A DNA stretch of 64,000 nt from Tubulanus polymorphus (Eukaryota > Animalia > Nemertea): the NCBI RefSeq assembly GCF_964204645.1, contig NC_134028.1, positions 10,416,001 through 10,480,000 of the forward strand. The letters run 5' to 3'. The stretch's first letter is position 1; each line of letters starts with the position of its first letter. The position numbers and the translations under genes were made by a program. This document shows, in pieces, positions 25,207 through 36,585 of the stretch. A model generated the notes under the pieces. The model saw only the letters and a program-made list of their open reading frames with translations, did not search any database and had not been told where the DNA came from.

Positions 25207-25968
25207 ATGGTGGAATTAAAAGAATACAGAATATTTGTTTATTCTAGAAGACTTACAAATTATAAATCACATAATTTACTAGTACAATTAGGTTGGGGAA
25301 TATAAAAATTGTGTAGTTTTAAAATAAGTTAATAGAAGTTTATGTAATTCTTTTTACAATAAATCGAATAACACTATTGAACATGGAGCCTTTTTAATTT
25401 TTAATAAGAATTAAAATGAATGGGCCTATATATATATTTAAAACCAGGGTTATATAATTTAGATACATTGGCACAAGAAATTAATAGAAAAGCCTGGCAC
25501 AAGTCAGGTAATAATTCCGGGTTTAATATAAGATTTCTGAAAAGTGAGAGTTCTGACAAAATAAAGATAAGGTTGTCTGATATTAAAAAACATGCATTTA
25601 TGGTAAAAAAACCTATAGCTAAACTGTTAGGGATTCCTCCAGATAAATCTTTTACAAATATTGATGCTACACCAAACTTAATACCTTTTACACACTTTTA
25701 TATTTATTGCAATTTAATCGATCCTACAAAAACATTCGAAGCAACTAAAGATATAACTTGTAATTCTGGTTTACTAAACATTTTACCATTGAAGAATGTT
25801 AAAGAATTTGGAACGCAAATAAATTATAATTTAACAGAATGTGATTTCAAACCATGCATTCCTCGTTTTAATAATTTTAGATTAGAAATAAGAAATCATA
25901 ATGGATACTTAATTGATTTAAATAATTTCCCTGTAATTTATGAATTAGTTATGAGATGTAGAGAGTAA
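25207..25968 (+). CDS. Minor capsid protein (penton, single jelly-roll); 5' end disrupted
   Basis: PGLYN, FYIYCNLI, LLNILP and C-terminal LEIRNHNGYLIDLNNFPVIYEL, typical of Polinton/PLV pentons; intact part 25420-25968. Confidence 0.7.
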
Positions 25969-25985
25969 TTTTTTTCACTATATAA

Positions 25986-26327
25986 ATGAATATAACTGTT
26001 GGACCGAGTATATGTTTTGGGTTTGATTTTAAACATGGTAAAGAAATGAGAATTAAACTAAATGATGTAATTACTGATATAAAAAGTAAATCATTTAACA
26101 ATGCATCAATGATTATTACAGAAAATTATGATACAGAAAAAGTAATTGATTTAATTAAATCAGCTTTAGAATATTATGAATTAAATGAAGATGGAATTAT
26201 TGATGATATTAAAAACATATTAACCAAAATATATGATAATCATAAAAGTAGTAATGAAATAAATGTTGAATTAATCATAAATAAGTTAACTAAATATTTT
26301 GAAGATAGTAATTTTTTTGATAGATAA
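25986..26327 (+). CDS. Hypothetical protein, 113 aa
   Basis: Intact ORF with TAAATG start in the viral gene array. Confidence 0.6.
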   Translation: MNITVGPSICFGFDFKHGKEMRIKLNDVITDIKSKSFNNASMIITENYDTEKVIDLIKSALEYYELNEDGIIDDIKNILTKIYDNHKSSNEINVELIINKLTKYFEDSNFFDR

Positions 26328-26549
26328 ATGAGTGATAATAAGTGGATAATAACTGGATTATATAATGGCGCATTACTATCAGTTGGAACTGTTGGTTATT
26401 CAATGGTATTAAAAAAAGTATTCAAAATGGGAAGTGTTAATGTTGATAGATTTGATATAAATGATATTTTAAAATTAACATGAGCAGTTACTTTATCTAA
26501 TTTAACTATTGATTATTTGGAAAAACAAAAATATATTCCTCCCATATAA
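26328..26549 (+). pseudogene. Small hydrophobic protein (73 codons), premature TGA at 26481
   Basis: MSDNKWIITGLYNGALLSVGTVGYSMVLKKVF...KLT*AVTLSNLTIDYLEKQKYIPPI; absent from the ORF track. Confidence 0.65.
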
Positions 26550-26573
26550 ATGCATAATTATTTTACTAAATAA

Positions 26574-26996
26574 ATGGCTTCTGCAGTTATAACTATTATA
26601 GGATCGGCAATTGTTAACGCTTTAGCATTTACTGGTGGTGGATATTTATTCAAGCATATTGATAAAAATGGATCATTAACAGAACAAAAAAGACATAACT
26701 TAGCATTAGAGAAATACAATAAAGCAGCAGAAGAATATAGAGAAAAGAGGCAAAACTATATGGATTATATTAACAAAGAATTATATGATCAGAAGATTTC
26801 ACATAGAGCTTTTCAATCAGTTGATGATGCAATGAGTTTATATAACGCGGTAACCAATAAAGAAAAATTACATCTATACAAACCCAAATTATCAGATTAT
26901 TATACCCCAAGTAATGAACAGAAGAAATATGAAATAATATGGATTTTAGGTGGAACAGTTATTGTTATATTTGTGGCGTATAAGTTTACTAATTAG
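26574..26996 (+). CDS. Membrane-associated protein (N- and C-terminal hydrophobic helices)
   Basis: AVITIIGSAIVNALAFTGGGYLF, helical middle region, IIWILGGTVIVIFVAYKF. Confidence 0.75.
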   Translation: MASAVITIIGSAIVNALAFTGGGYLFKHIDKNGSLTEQKRHNLALEKYNKAAEEYREKRQNYMDYINKELYDQKISHRAFQSVDDAMSLYNAVTNKEKLHLYKPKLSDYYTPSNEQKKYEIIWILGGTVIVIFVAYKFTN

Positions 26997-27016
26997 TAAT
27001 TTTTTTTGCTAAATAA

Positions 27017-27451
27017 ATGGATGATAAAGTTGATAATATTGATATTATTCCTCATGATATAAATAAAACTAAACTAAAAACATATTTAGAAAAACAAATA
27101 TTAGAATTTGAAAGTGACTTAAAGATAAAAAAGAAAAAATATTTAAAAAGTAAAATTATATATTATCTTATTATAAGTGGTTCGGTTACAATTAGTTCTG
27201 TAATAACATTTCTAGCAATATTCAGTCCATTAACACCTTTAGCTATATCAATTGGCGTACTAGGATTAAGTTCAAGTGTTTTAACTGGTATAAGTTCAAA
27301 ATTAAATATAAAAAGTAATAAAGAAAAAATTAAAACTAATATAAAAGAAATTAATAAATTAAAGAATACACTAGATTATATAATAAGTTTAAATGGCCAT
27401 ATAACAGTTGAAGAACAAGATAGATTATTAAAAGAATTAATAAATTATTAA
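27017..27451 (+). CDS. Two-TM-helix protein flanked by coiled coils
   Basis: IIYYLIISGSVTISSVITFLAIF and LAISIGVLGLSSSVLTGI. Confidence 0.75.
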   Translation: MDDKVDNIDIIPHDINKTKLKTYLEKQILEFESDLKIKKKKYLKSKIIYYLIISGSVTISSVITFLAIFSPLTPLAISIGVLGLSSSVLTGISSKLNIKSNKEKIKTNIKEINKLKNTLDYIISLNGHITVEEQDRLLKELINY

Positions 27452-27467
27452 TTTTTTAGTTATATAA

Positions 27468-28771
27468 ATGGCAGATAGTTTTCCAAAAGCACTCATATAA
27501 TAAATCAATTAAATATAATATTCCAGCAATAGATTTTAATAAAGATATTACATATAGAAATGAAGTTTTAAATTCATTATTTGATTTATATATTTATGTT
27601 ACTGAAAGTAATAATTTTCATGTAAAGATGGAAAATATATTTCATGCGTATACAATTAATTTCAAAAATTTAAATGAAATTTAATATGAAGTATTGGCAG
27701 AACCAATTAAATTTTGCTGTTTATTGTGCAACAACAGGATGTGGAATTAGTTGGAATGATCATTTAAACAAACCAAGTTTACCATTGATGTTATCACTTT
27801 TTAGATTTCATACTTATTTTCAAATAAAATTAATATTAGATGAATTAGAATGTCCTTTACCAGGTTCAAAATATTTTAACGAATTGAATAATAATATTAA
27901 TTTTTCTAAGGTTTATAAAATATGTAATGAATTTAATATTATTTCAAATAAAGATTTTAGAGCAAAAATTGGAACAATGGGTGGATTAGGAATATTATAT
28001 ACTAAAGAATTTGGAAAAATAATGACAAATTCAGATATAAGAACACTAAATTGGAATGAATTACCAAAATATTATAATAATATACAACAACAAAACAATA
28101 ATGGTTGGGTTAATTTCATTTTAGAAAATGGTGAAGGTTTTACTAAAGCTGGAATACAAAGAATAAATCAATCTATTAGAACTTATTTGATATGTATTCT
28201 AGGTGCGCAAGTTGAAACAAGATCCCCAATAATTGGAAATGATAACACTTCGTTCGATGCGCAGAAACAATTCAAAGTATTATTTGAAGATTCAATTCAT
28301 AATGATAAAAATAGATCGATTCCAGAAAACATTGTAAGATATCAAAATTATTTAGATAAATCACATATTAGATTAAATTATTGTATAGGCCCTAATCTAT
28401 TTATTATTTCTAATGATTTAGTATTAAAGATGGGAAACATAATTGGTTACAATAATCTAATTAAAACTGCAACAATAAATAATTCATTTGGATTAAATGA
28501 TATAAATAAAAAGATAATTACTGCTCCAAAATTAATGGAAGGTGAAAAAAATAAAAAACATATTCAATCAACTGAAACTAAAACTAATAATATTAAATTA
28601 AATAATGATTCTAAAATAAAAGATTACAATACATCAGAAAATATAAAAACTGATAATATTCAACATGATATAATTAAAACTAATGATGATAATAAATCCC
28701 ATGAAAATACTAAATCAGCTTTAACTTGTATAGGAATTGTAATCGGAGGAATATTATATTTTAAATTTTAA
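27468..28771 (+). CDS. Polinton protein with WQNQLNFAVYCATTGCG motif and C-terminal TM anchor (5' end frameshifted)
   Basis: ORF 27674-28771 with upstream TAAATG start at 27468; ends ALTCIGIVIGGILYFKF. Confidence 0.7.
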
Positions 28772-28787
28772 TTTTTTCATTATGTAA

Positions 28788-30412
28788 ATGGCAGAAGCTG
28801 GAGAAGATATTCCAATAGATCCTTTAGATGAACCTGGTATAAGTGATGAACAACAACCTGATTTTGATGAAACAAGTTTTAGTAATGATAAGAAAACAGA
28901 ATATAATACTAATTTAGGTGAAGATGATGATTATGATGATGATTCCGAATTACGTGAAAAATTATATAAATATTTAAAAGCTCCTGAAATTGGTAGAATT
29001 TCAACTAGAAGAGAAAGAAAAGAATTTATGGAACTATTAGTAAAACAACCAGAAAAATATCCTGATGAACCTATGGAATTATTTAAAATGAAATCTAGAG
29101 TAACAGATACAATTGTTAACGAATTATTAGAAATAGATGTAATACATAAAATTGACACAGAAGATGTTGTAGAACAAATTTTTAAAGATGACCCATATTT
29201 CACGAATAATTTAGAATTTAAAAATGATTCATGGTATTATAATGTTAATTTAAATAAAAAAAATTGTATCAATTCAATTATCTAAAATGGGTCAAGAAAA
29301 TATTTTTGAACCTGAAATGTTAGCAAGATCTACAATTGAACGTTCAAAAGGTGGCACAGAATTTCTCAGAATTATATGGAATGCACTCGATAGAATAAAT
29401 AAAGAAAAACCAATTCCTAATATTGATATAAACAAATATTCACCATTTAAAAATCCAAATTTAAATCCTAATGATGTTGATCCAGAAACATCGAGAAGAG
29501 ATATTCAACAAATTGATAATGATTCAAGTCAATTACAATTAACATTAGAAAAACAAATTGATAGATTAAGTGATTCAGAAGAAGAAATGAATAGTACTGG
29601 AATAAATCGAATACTATCTTTACTGGAAAAAGGATTTCTTGATTTAACTGATGAAGAATTAGAAACATTTCCTGAACAAGCACGTAGAGAAATTAAAGGT
29701 ATACAAGAATCATCTGATGAAATTGCTAATATTAAGATGAGATTTTCTAAAATAACCATGTTAGAAAAAGAATTAGCTAATGCAGATGAAGAATTAAAAC
29801 AATTAGAATTAAATAGAGATCATCAAGTAGTTTATGAAGCTGATTTTGAAAGCAGAAAGTTAGCTTTAGTAAAAGAAATAGATGATTTAGAATATAACAT
29901 AGAATTACAAAAAGAAGAAAGAGATACATTATTAAAATCATATGATCTTAATCATATTAAAAAATTAAAAGTTATTTTTAAAGATTTGTTGATAAAACCA
30001 AATTCTGAAATATCATTAAAAGACAGAATAAGATTATTATTTAAGTTAGAAGGTATAACAATTCTTTCAATTCTAACATCTGTAACTATGGTATTTACAA
30101 CAATTGGTTTAGCTATATCAAATTCATTAAAATCTACTCCTACTCCCAATAAACCGGATAAACCCCCAAATGACAAAAATTCAATACAAGATAAAGTTAA
30201 AGATGGTATTAAAGAAATTAGCAAAATATTTATGGGAACTATCTAAAAAATCTGCTGCAGCATTGCCAGGAGTTATTGCATCAATTGTTGGTTTTATATT
30301 GAAATCTGCTGGGAATATTATTAACTTTGCTGCTGAACATATTATTTTATTTTTAATTACGGTTGTAAGTGCTATTATTTTTGGGTTAGTGAATATGATA
30401 AAAAATAAATAA
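28788..30412 (+). pseudogene. Large acidic/coiled-coil protein with C-terminal TM helices, two frameshifts
   Basis: Abutting ORFs 28788-29285, 29287-30246 and 30170-30412; GITILSILTSVTMVFTTIGLAI, AAALPGVIASIVGFIL, IILFLITVVSAIIFGLV. Confidence 0.7.
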
Positions 30413-30432
30413 TTAATTTTTTTGTTAAATAA

Positions 30433-31678
30433 ATGAGTGGGAGTTATATCAATCCTTCTAAGAATCATAGAATATCTAATGCTATTAAAGCAGAAAGATC
30501 ACATCATATAATTACTCATAAGCCTTCTAATATTAATCCCGATGAAACTTTATATGTTAGAATTCCGAGATTAACACAAAATACTTTTTATGTTCCAAAT
30601 AGTATTTATTTATCAGCCGATATAAAAGTAATCGGTAATAATAATAATTATGTTGTTGATAATGTTAAGAGATATTTGATTAAAAAATTAACAATAAAGA
30701 TTGGTCCAGAAACAGTTTTCTCATTGATGATTATAATTTATTCATGCATTATAAAGATTTATGGTTAACTAAAGAAAATAGAAATAATATGATATTTCAA
30801 GGCATCCAATCAGAAAACCAAAATAAATTAAGATCAGAAGCGCATAATGCAATATTAACTAATGCTGTAGATAAATTGATAAAAAGTATATATGGAAGCA
30901 AATATAAAATTCCATTAGACTTTAAATTGATAAATAACAATGCACCTTTATATAAATACGCAATGCAAGAAGACGTTATATTCGAAATAACATTTGCTCC
31001 TGTAAATGAAATCGTAATATCTAGCGTTAATAAAGATATGAGTTATAAATTATCGAATATATGTTTAGAATATGATACAGTAACTGATGAAAATATTTCA
31101 AGTATAATTCAAACTAAATACAATCAAGGATTTTCATTATTATATGATTATATTGATAAATTTAAAACCGTAACTATTAATGCAAATGATGAAATTATTA
31201 ATGAGAATATTAACTTCCCAAGAAGATCTATTAAAGGTATATTAATATTTTTACCATTGCAACATATACTAATGGTGCAATAAATGTTGACAATTATTAT
31301 AATCCTGAAATAACAAAAGTAGAAATAACTATCGAAGGAATAGCAAATAAAATATTTTGTCAAGGAATGAGAATGATTGATCAATGGCCAGAAATTAGAA
31401 AACATTTCATGAATGAAAAAGTGAAATCATCTGAAAATTGTAACATTAATCAAATTGATTATTATACCGTTAATAAATATGCATTATGGTTAGATTTTAG
31501 AACAACAGAGGATAATTCATTACATGGTTCTGGAAAAAAATTACAAAACACTAAAGATGGAATACAATTATTCATGACAAAGAATAAAGGAATCAAAAAT
31601 TTTAAAATGCACATTTATATTATATCTGACGCGCAATTAAATATTGTAAATTCTCAATTAAATAGTGTTATGTATTAG
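30433..31678 (+). pseudogene. Major capsid protein (double jelly-roll), two frameshifts
   Basis: ~415 codons; HKPSNINPDETLYVRIPRL, YKIPLDF, YKLSNICLEYD, NINFPRRSIKGIL, YALWLDFR; size and position fit a Polinton MCP. Confidence 0.75.
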
Positions 31679-31710
31679 AATTTTAACTTTAATAAAAATT
31701 TATATAATAA

Positions 31711-32568
31711 ATGGAAGGTGGTAAAGTATATAAACATATTCCATACATCGATACACATGAAAATAATGATGGTTTATATTATGTAATACCTTGTTATATA
31801 GCTTTGATATTTGATCCTATTTTCAAAATTTATAAAACTAAACTAATAGAAATAGATAATAATAAAAGTGGTGTTGTTGATAACTTAAGTAATGTAATAC
31901 CTTCTACATCTAATAATGTAATACCTTCTACATCTAATAATGTAATACCTTCTACATCTAATAATGTAATACCTTCTACATCTAATAATGCAATAATATT
32001 AAATGTTAGTGAAAATATAAATTATTGTGATTATTGTAAAGGTGAATTTTCAAACGCTCCATCACATTGGAATAATCATATGAATACAAATTCACATATT
32101 ACTAATGTTATAAAACGTGTTGGTTTAAGAGAATTTATAGAACACCCATTTAGATATGTTACAAAGTTTGTTTCAAATCAAAAAGTAAATGGTAAAGAAT
32201 TATATGAAGATTTATTATTAGCAACACCTAATAAAGATGAATTAGATTTAACCGATGCTATTAAATTAGAATCGAACATTGTAAATGAAATATTAGGAGA
32301 AAACACTAATAAAGATAATAATGAAGATGGTGCCATACGGCACCCACATGGTGATATAGTTACAGGAAAGCGCATTGATAATAAAGATTCTATGAAACTT
32401 AAATCAGAAAATAAAGATATAGTTGAGATGACTAATAAGTATATCAATAAACCAATTATTTATGAAGATACAGTAGAGTATTTGAATAAATTGTTAGGGT
32501 CTGATGATGAATTGGAGAGTGATGATGAAAGTGATTCAGAAAGTAATTATCTAACACTCAAAAAGTAA
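31711..32568 (+). CDS. Hypothetical protein with (NNVIPSTS)x4 repeat, C2H2 finger and acidic tail
   Basis: 24-bp tandem repeat ~31888-31990; CDYC..HMNTNSH. Confidence 0.7.
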   Translation: MEGGKVYKHIPYIDTHENNDGLYYVIPCYIALIFDPIFKIYKTKLIEIDNNKSGVVDNLSNVIPSTSNNVIPSTSNNVIPSTSNNVIPSTSNNAIILNVSENINYCDYCKGEFSNAPSHWNNHMNTNSHITNVIKRVGLREFIEHPFRYVTKFVSNQKVNGKELYEDLLLATPNKDELDLTDAIKLESNIVNEILGENTNKDNNEDGAIRHPHGDIVTGKRIDNKDSMKLKSENKDIVEMTNKYINKPIIYEDTVEYLNKLLGSDDELESDDESDSESNYLTLKK

Positions 32569-32599
32569 TAAAGGTTGCAAATTGTATAAAATAATAGTA

Positions 32600-32925
32600 A
32601 ATAAAAAAGGGGGTTTTAAGTATTAAGGTATCTAATACGTATTTAATACATATCTAATACATATCTAATACGTATCTAATACGTATTTAATACATATTAT
32701 TTGAAAATACCTTAAATTATATTAATTTTTAAAATTTATATTGAAACCTCAGTAATAATAAATAACCTTTATTATTTTCAAACTTATTCATATATTAGTT
32801 GAAAAAAATAAAAATAAATTGGTTGAAAATTGTATGAATAATATTTATTTTTAAAATGGGGTTTTAAGTATTAATGTATTTAAAACGTATCTAATACGTA
32901 TTTAATACGTATTAGATAGATAGAT
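32600..32925. repeat. 11-bp tandem repeat blocks between the convergent gene arrays
   Basis: TAATACRTATY units after GGGGTTTTAAG, two blocks. Confidence 0.8.
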
Positions 32926-32935
32926 ATACAAATAG

Positions 32936-33547
32936 TTATTTTTTAAATTTATATTCATAGGGAAATTGTAGTCTCAGTAATAATTTTGAACCTATATTAT
33001 TCTTTAATTTATTCATATATTCATCATGTAACTCAGTAGGTATAATTTGATTTTCTTCCAATGATTGTTGCATAGATTTTCTATCTTTGTTATAAAATAA
33101 AACTAGAAATCTTATATGCTCCCTAAAGTCTTTAACAATTGAATTATATTTTTGATTTAAAACCCATGTTGTTATCCTGAAATGTCTTCCAGAGAAAGCT
33201 AGATAACATAACTCACTTTCTCTAATTTTTGAATCATGTAAATTTGCGCAATCATCTACAATGAATAATGTATTTGATCCTTTATAAGTATCAATTGCTA
33301 TTATAATACAATTATCTAAATTTTCTTTTACTGTTTTAGAGTCTAATATAATAAACTTTTTTATTTTAACTATATCTCTATTATATGTTGTATTCATTTC
33401 ATAAGTAGGACAAAATAATATTATATTATCAAAATGATTCTTATAAACAGTTTCTAACAAATCTAATATGAAATGTGTTTTACCACAATTGGTTACACCA
33501 GTAACTAACCTATTATGCGGTTCAAATATAAATAAATCTTTATTCAT
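32936..33547 (-). CDS. A32/FtsK-like DNA packaging ATPase
   Basis: GVTNCGKT, LFIVDD, SGRH, Q motif. Confidence 0.93.
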   Translation of the reverse strand: MNKDLFIFEPHNRLVTGVTNCGKTHFILDLLETVYKNHFDNIILFCPTYEMNTTYNRDIVKIKKFIILDSKTVKENLDNCIIIAIDTYKGSNTLFIVDDCANLHDSKIRESELCYLAFSGRHFRITTWVLNQKYNSIVKDFREHIRFLVLFYNKDRKSMQQSLEENQIIPTELHDEYMNKLKNNIGSKLLLRLQFPYEYKFKK

Positions 33548-34620
33548 TTATTCTTTTAATTTTACTAGATAAAATCCATTCATTAAATTATCATCATATC
33601 CTTTATATTTCACCAAAGAATACTTTTTTCCTTTAAGAGTTTTTGTTTTCAATACTTTTTCTATTTTGTATTCTATTTCATCTGGATTTGGAAGTGATAA
33701 TTCTTGTTCATAGAAATAACCTAATATTTCTTCATCTTTTAGATCTTCTTATTTATAAACACAAGGTTTAGTTAATATTATCTTTTTAATCTTGAATATT
33801 TCTTCTGTAAAATTTGGGGTATAACCTTTATAAAATGTTTTTCTATATTTAGATATTCTAACGTGTTGTCCTATTTTAAATTTAGGTTCTCCGAAATCAT
33901 GTGTTACAAATGCTCCATATAAATTATTCCAAACTATTTCCGAATTATCTTCTTTTCTAGCTTGTATAGGTTTCAAATTTATAGAACTATGTTTAGAATT
34001 ATTATAACCTTTCACTAAATCATCTAACACATCGATATATTTATATGTTTCATTAGCAGTAAAATATTTCCACATTCTAGTTTTCAATGTTTATCAAACC
34101 TTTCTATAATAGATGCTTTTTTATCTTAGTGTGTTGAAAAATAATCTACATCGTTATCAGATAATAGTTTTTTAAAATGTTTGTTATAAAATTCCTTACC
34201 TTCATCAAATTGTATCTTATCTGGAATAGCTTCTTTAAATATAGATTTAAAAGCATTTGTTACTTCTATACCAGTTTTATTTTTGATTGGAATTGACCAT
34301 GCGTATCTACTGAATATGTCTATAACATTTAATATCCAGAAATATCCTTTGTTGTATTCCTCTAAGTTCTTCATGTCAATTAAATCTGTTTGCCATTGTT
34401 GATCAATATATGAAACCATAACTTTTCTTGTTAAATAAGTTTTATCTATTTTCTTATGAATTTGATATGTTGGTTGATTTTGTAACCATGATTTTAACTC
34501 ACTATATTTTATATTTTCCTTATCAGATTTAATTTTATTCCATAATTCTGAAACGTTAGAATATGATACTTCACTTTCTGGGTTATAATATAACTCTCTT
34601 AAATATTGTTCTTTTTTCAT
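33540..34620 (-). pseudogene. Retroviral-like DDE integrase with C-terminal chromodomain
   Basis: WQTDLID, IDIFSRYAW, QFDEGKEF, KTRMWKYFT, VRISK; chromodomain in 33540-33680; several disruptions. Confidence 0.93.
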
Positions 34621-34626
34621 CTTATT

Positions 34627-34995
34627 TTAATCCATTAATAATAATTTAGATTTAGTTTCAATAGCTTTATGATTTGATTTATTTTCTGGTATAATAGGTT
34701 TATTATCATTGGAATCATCTTTATCATCAGATTTGAATTTTGATTTATATATTACACCGGATAATATAATAACTGTTACTAATCCAATTGTAATATATAA
34801 GTAATTATTTTTTCCACTATTAGAAGAATTAGATGGATTTTTATTTGAATCAATATCAGATAAAGTCTGTGATTCATTTATATCAGTTAATTTCTTTTTC
34901 TTAGCTTTTTTTAATTCTGAAGATCTTTTACCTAATTCTCTTGCCCATTTAATTTGTTTTTCAGATCTAGCCTTTTTCTTAACGCTATCACTCAT
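34627..34995 (-). CDS. Basic single-TM protein, 122 aa
   Basis: YLYITIGLVTVIILSGVIY; intact homologue at 41414-41776. Confidence 0.75.
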   Translation of the reverse strand: MSDSVKKKARSEKQIKWARELGKRSSELKKAKKKKLTDINESQTLSDIDSNKNPSNSSNSGKNNYLYITIGLVTVIILSGVIYKSKFKSDDKDDSNDNKPIIPENKSNHKAIETKSKLLLMD

Positions 34996-35596
34996 TTATT
35001 TTAGTTAATTTTTGTTCTGGTTCATTTTCTGTTTCACCGTTTGGTTGTAGTACAGCGTCATCTGTTTCGTTCTTACCTGATTTATATTCTATAGGCTTGA
35101 TGTTCGAAAATGTTATGACACCAGTAGAAATTAATGTCATAACCGATCCTAATTGAAATGAAGCATATCCAACCCATTTTTGTAATTCAGTCATAACTAA
35201 GTAGTCATTTTTCAAATCACTATATAATTTATTTTCATCATAAATTGGTATTAACTGGTTACATAACTTAGAATAACATTTGACAATACCATCTGAAATA
35301 GAATCATTTATTCGGGCTAATCTTGCTTCTTCATAAATCTTAAAATATTTTATTACTTTATCTGGTTTCATAGCATCTAATTCTTGAAAAGTTATTATTT
35401 TTCCCAAGAAATCCTTAGATTTCCCGCCAGCAATTAATAATTCAAGATGATGCTTACAATATAAATAGTATTCATAATCAATATTACAATAAACTTGAGC
35501 ACAATTAGTTACAACTGTATCTTTATTATCACTTATACCCAAATCATCTAATGTCTTTTCAATATCAATACTATTCTTACTCGATTTCTTTGACAT
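34988..35596 (-). CDS. Hypothetical protein, 202 aa, hydrophobic segment near C-terminus
   Basis: Intact homologue at 41766-42344. Confidence 0.75.
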   Translation of the reverse strand: MSKKSSKNSIDIEKTLDDLGISDNKDTVVTNCAQVYCNIDYEYYLYCKHHLELLIAGGKSKDFLGKIITFQELDAMKPDKVIKYFKIYEEARLARINDSISDGIVKCYSKLCNQLIPIYDENKLYSDLKNDYLVMTELQKWVGYASFQLGSVMTLISTGVITFSNIKPIEYKSGKNETDDAVLQPNGETENEPEQKLTKINE

Positions 35597-35907
35597 TTAT
35601 ATTAGAGAAATTTAATAAGAAAAATTTATAAGTATTCTTCAATGATACCAGTATCTCTTTAGATTAATACTAGCTTAGTGAAAGGTAAAGAATTTTAGTA
35701 TTAGTTATTGTTTTTTTAGTATTTTTTATTTGTGATATAAAGTATTCTCTTTTGAAAAGAATTGTAAAAGAAAATATCAAAAATCAAAATAGAAATAATG
35801 GCTAGTTGAAGTTATTGTTTTTTTAATATATTTTATTTGAATTCTATTTGATATCTCACTACTTTTGTTTATCTATTAGGAGCAGTAATTATAACTGTCC
35901 AGATAAG

Positions 35908-36585
35908 TCATTTCGGATCCTTGATATCAAATTCCTCAACATATTGTTCATTATTTGGATCATTGTTCCATTGATCAATAAATTTCTTTGCCTTTGTTAA
36001 CTGTTCTAAATATAACTGTAAATCTAGTTTATTAGATTTGATTTGATTTTCTTTCTTTTCTAAAGGCCTTAAATTTTTCCAACCCCAAATAAGTTTTTTA
36101 TTGTATTCATCATTCATGTTAAATTTAGATATTGGTAACACCTGATCAATATGGTAATAATCCCCATAATTATCTATATTGATTTTATCATCGAATTGAA
36201 ATATAATCCATGATTTGAGAAATTCATCTGAACAACCCAATAGATAAGATAGTGTTTCTGAATGTGTTTCTTTGTTGAATAATTGTGTTAATCTAGATCT
36301 TAAGCATTGTTTCAATCTAAAATTAAGATCTGTTTGATATCTTTCTCTCATATATTCTGCCATATAATAATTATAATGTTCTATATTATCTTCTCGGTAT
36401 TGTTTGGTATATAGTTTAACACAAGTTTTACAGCAATATTGAAAACCATCTTTGCTAATCTTACGCTTACTCAATTCTGTTAAAGCTAATTTATCTAATT
36501 CACACTTAGAACACTTCTTGTAATATATACTTATAACACCAGTGTTATTTGTAATATTGATAGTTTGCGGTTGTTCTGGTTCCAT
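35908..36585 (-). CDS. HNH-like endonuclease with N-terminal Cys4 zinc ribbon (large-DNA-virus type)
   Basis: KKCSKC..CCKTC, LLGCS, NYGDYYHIDQVLPISKF, WKNLRPLEKKENQIKSNK. Confidence 0.7.
   Translation of the reverse strand: MEPEQPQTINITNNTGVISIYYKKCSKCELDKLALTELSKRKISKDGFQYCCKTCVKLYTKQYREDNIEHYNYYMAEYMRERYQTDLNFRLKQCLRSRLTQLFNKETHSETLSYLLGCSDEFLKSWIIFQFDDKINIDNYGDYYHIDQVLPISKFNMNDEYNKKLIWGWKNLRPLEKKENQIKSNKLDLQLYLEQLTKAKKFIDQWNNDPNNEQYVEEFDIKDPK

Noticed and set aside
28931-30468. Antisense ORFs within Polinton, LINE and Gypsy genes
   Set aside because: Shadows of sense-strand coding with no independent motifs.
20783-34620. Alternative genetic code or programmed frameshifting explaining broken viral ORFs
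   Set aside because: Stops are mixed TAA/TGA with scattered indels that differ between copies A and B. Ordinary decay, with some possible homopolymer sequencing errors, is simpler.
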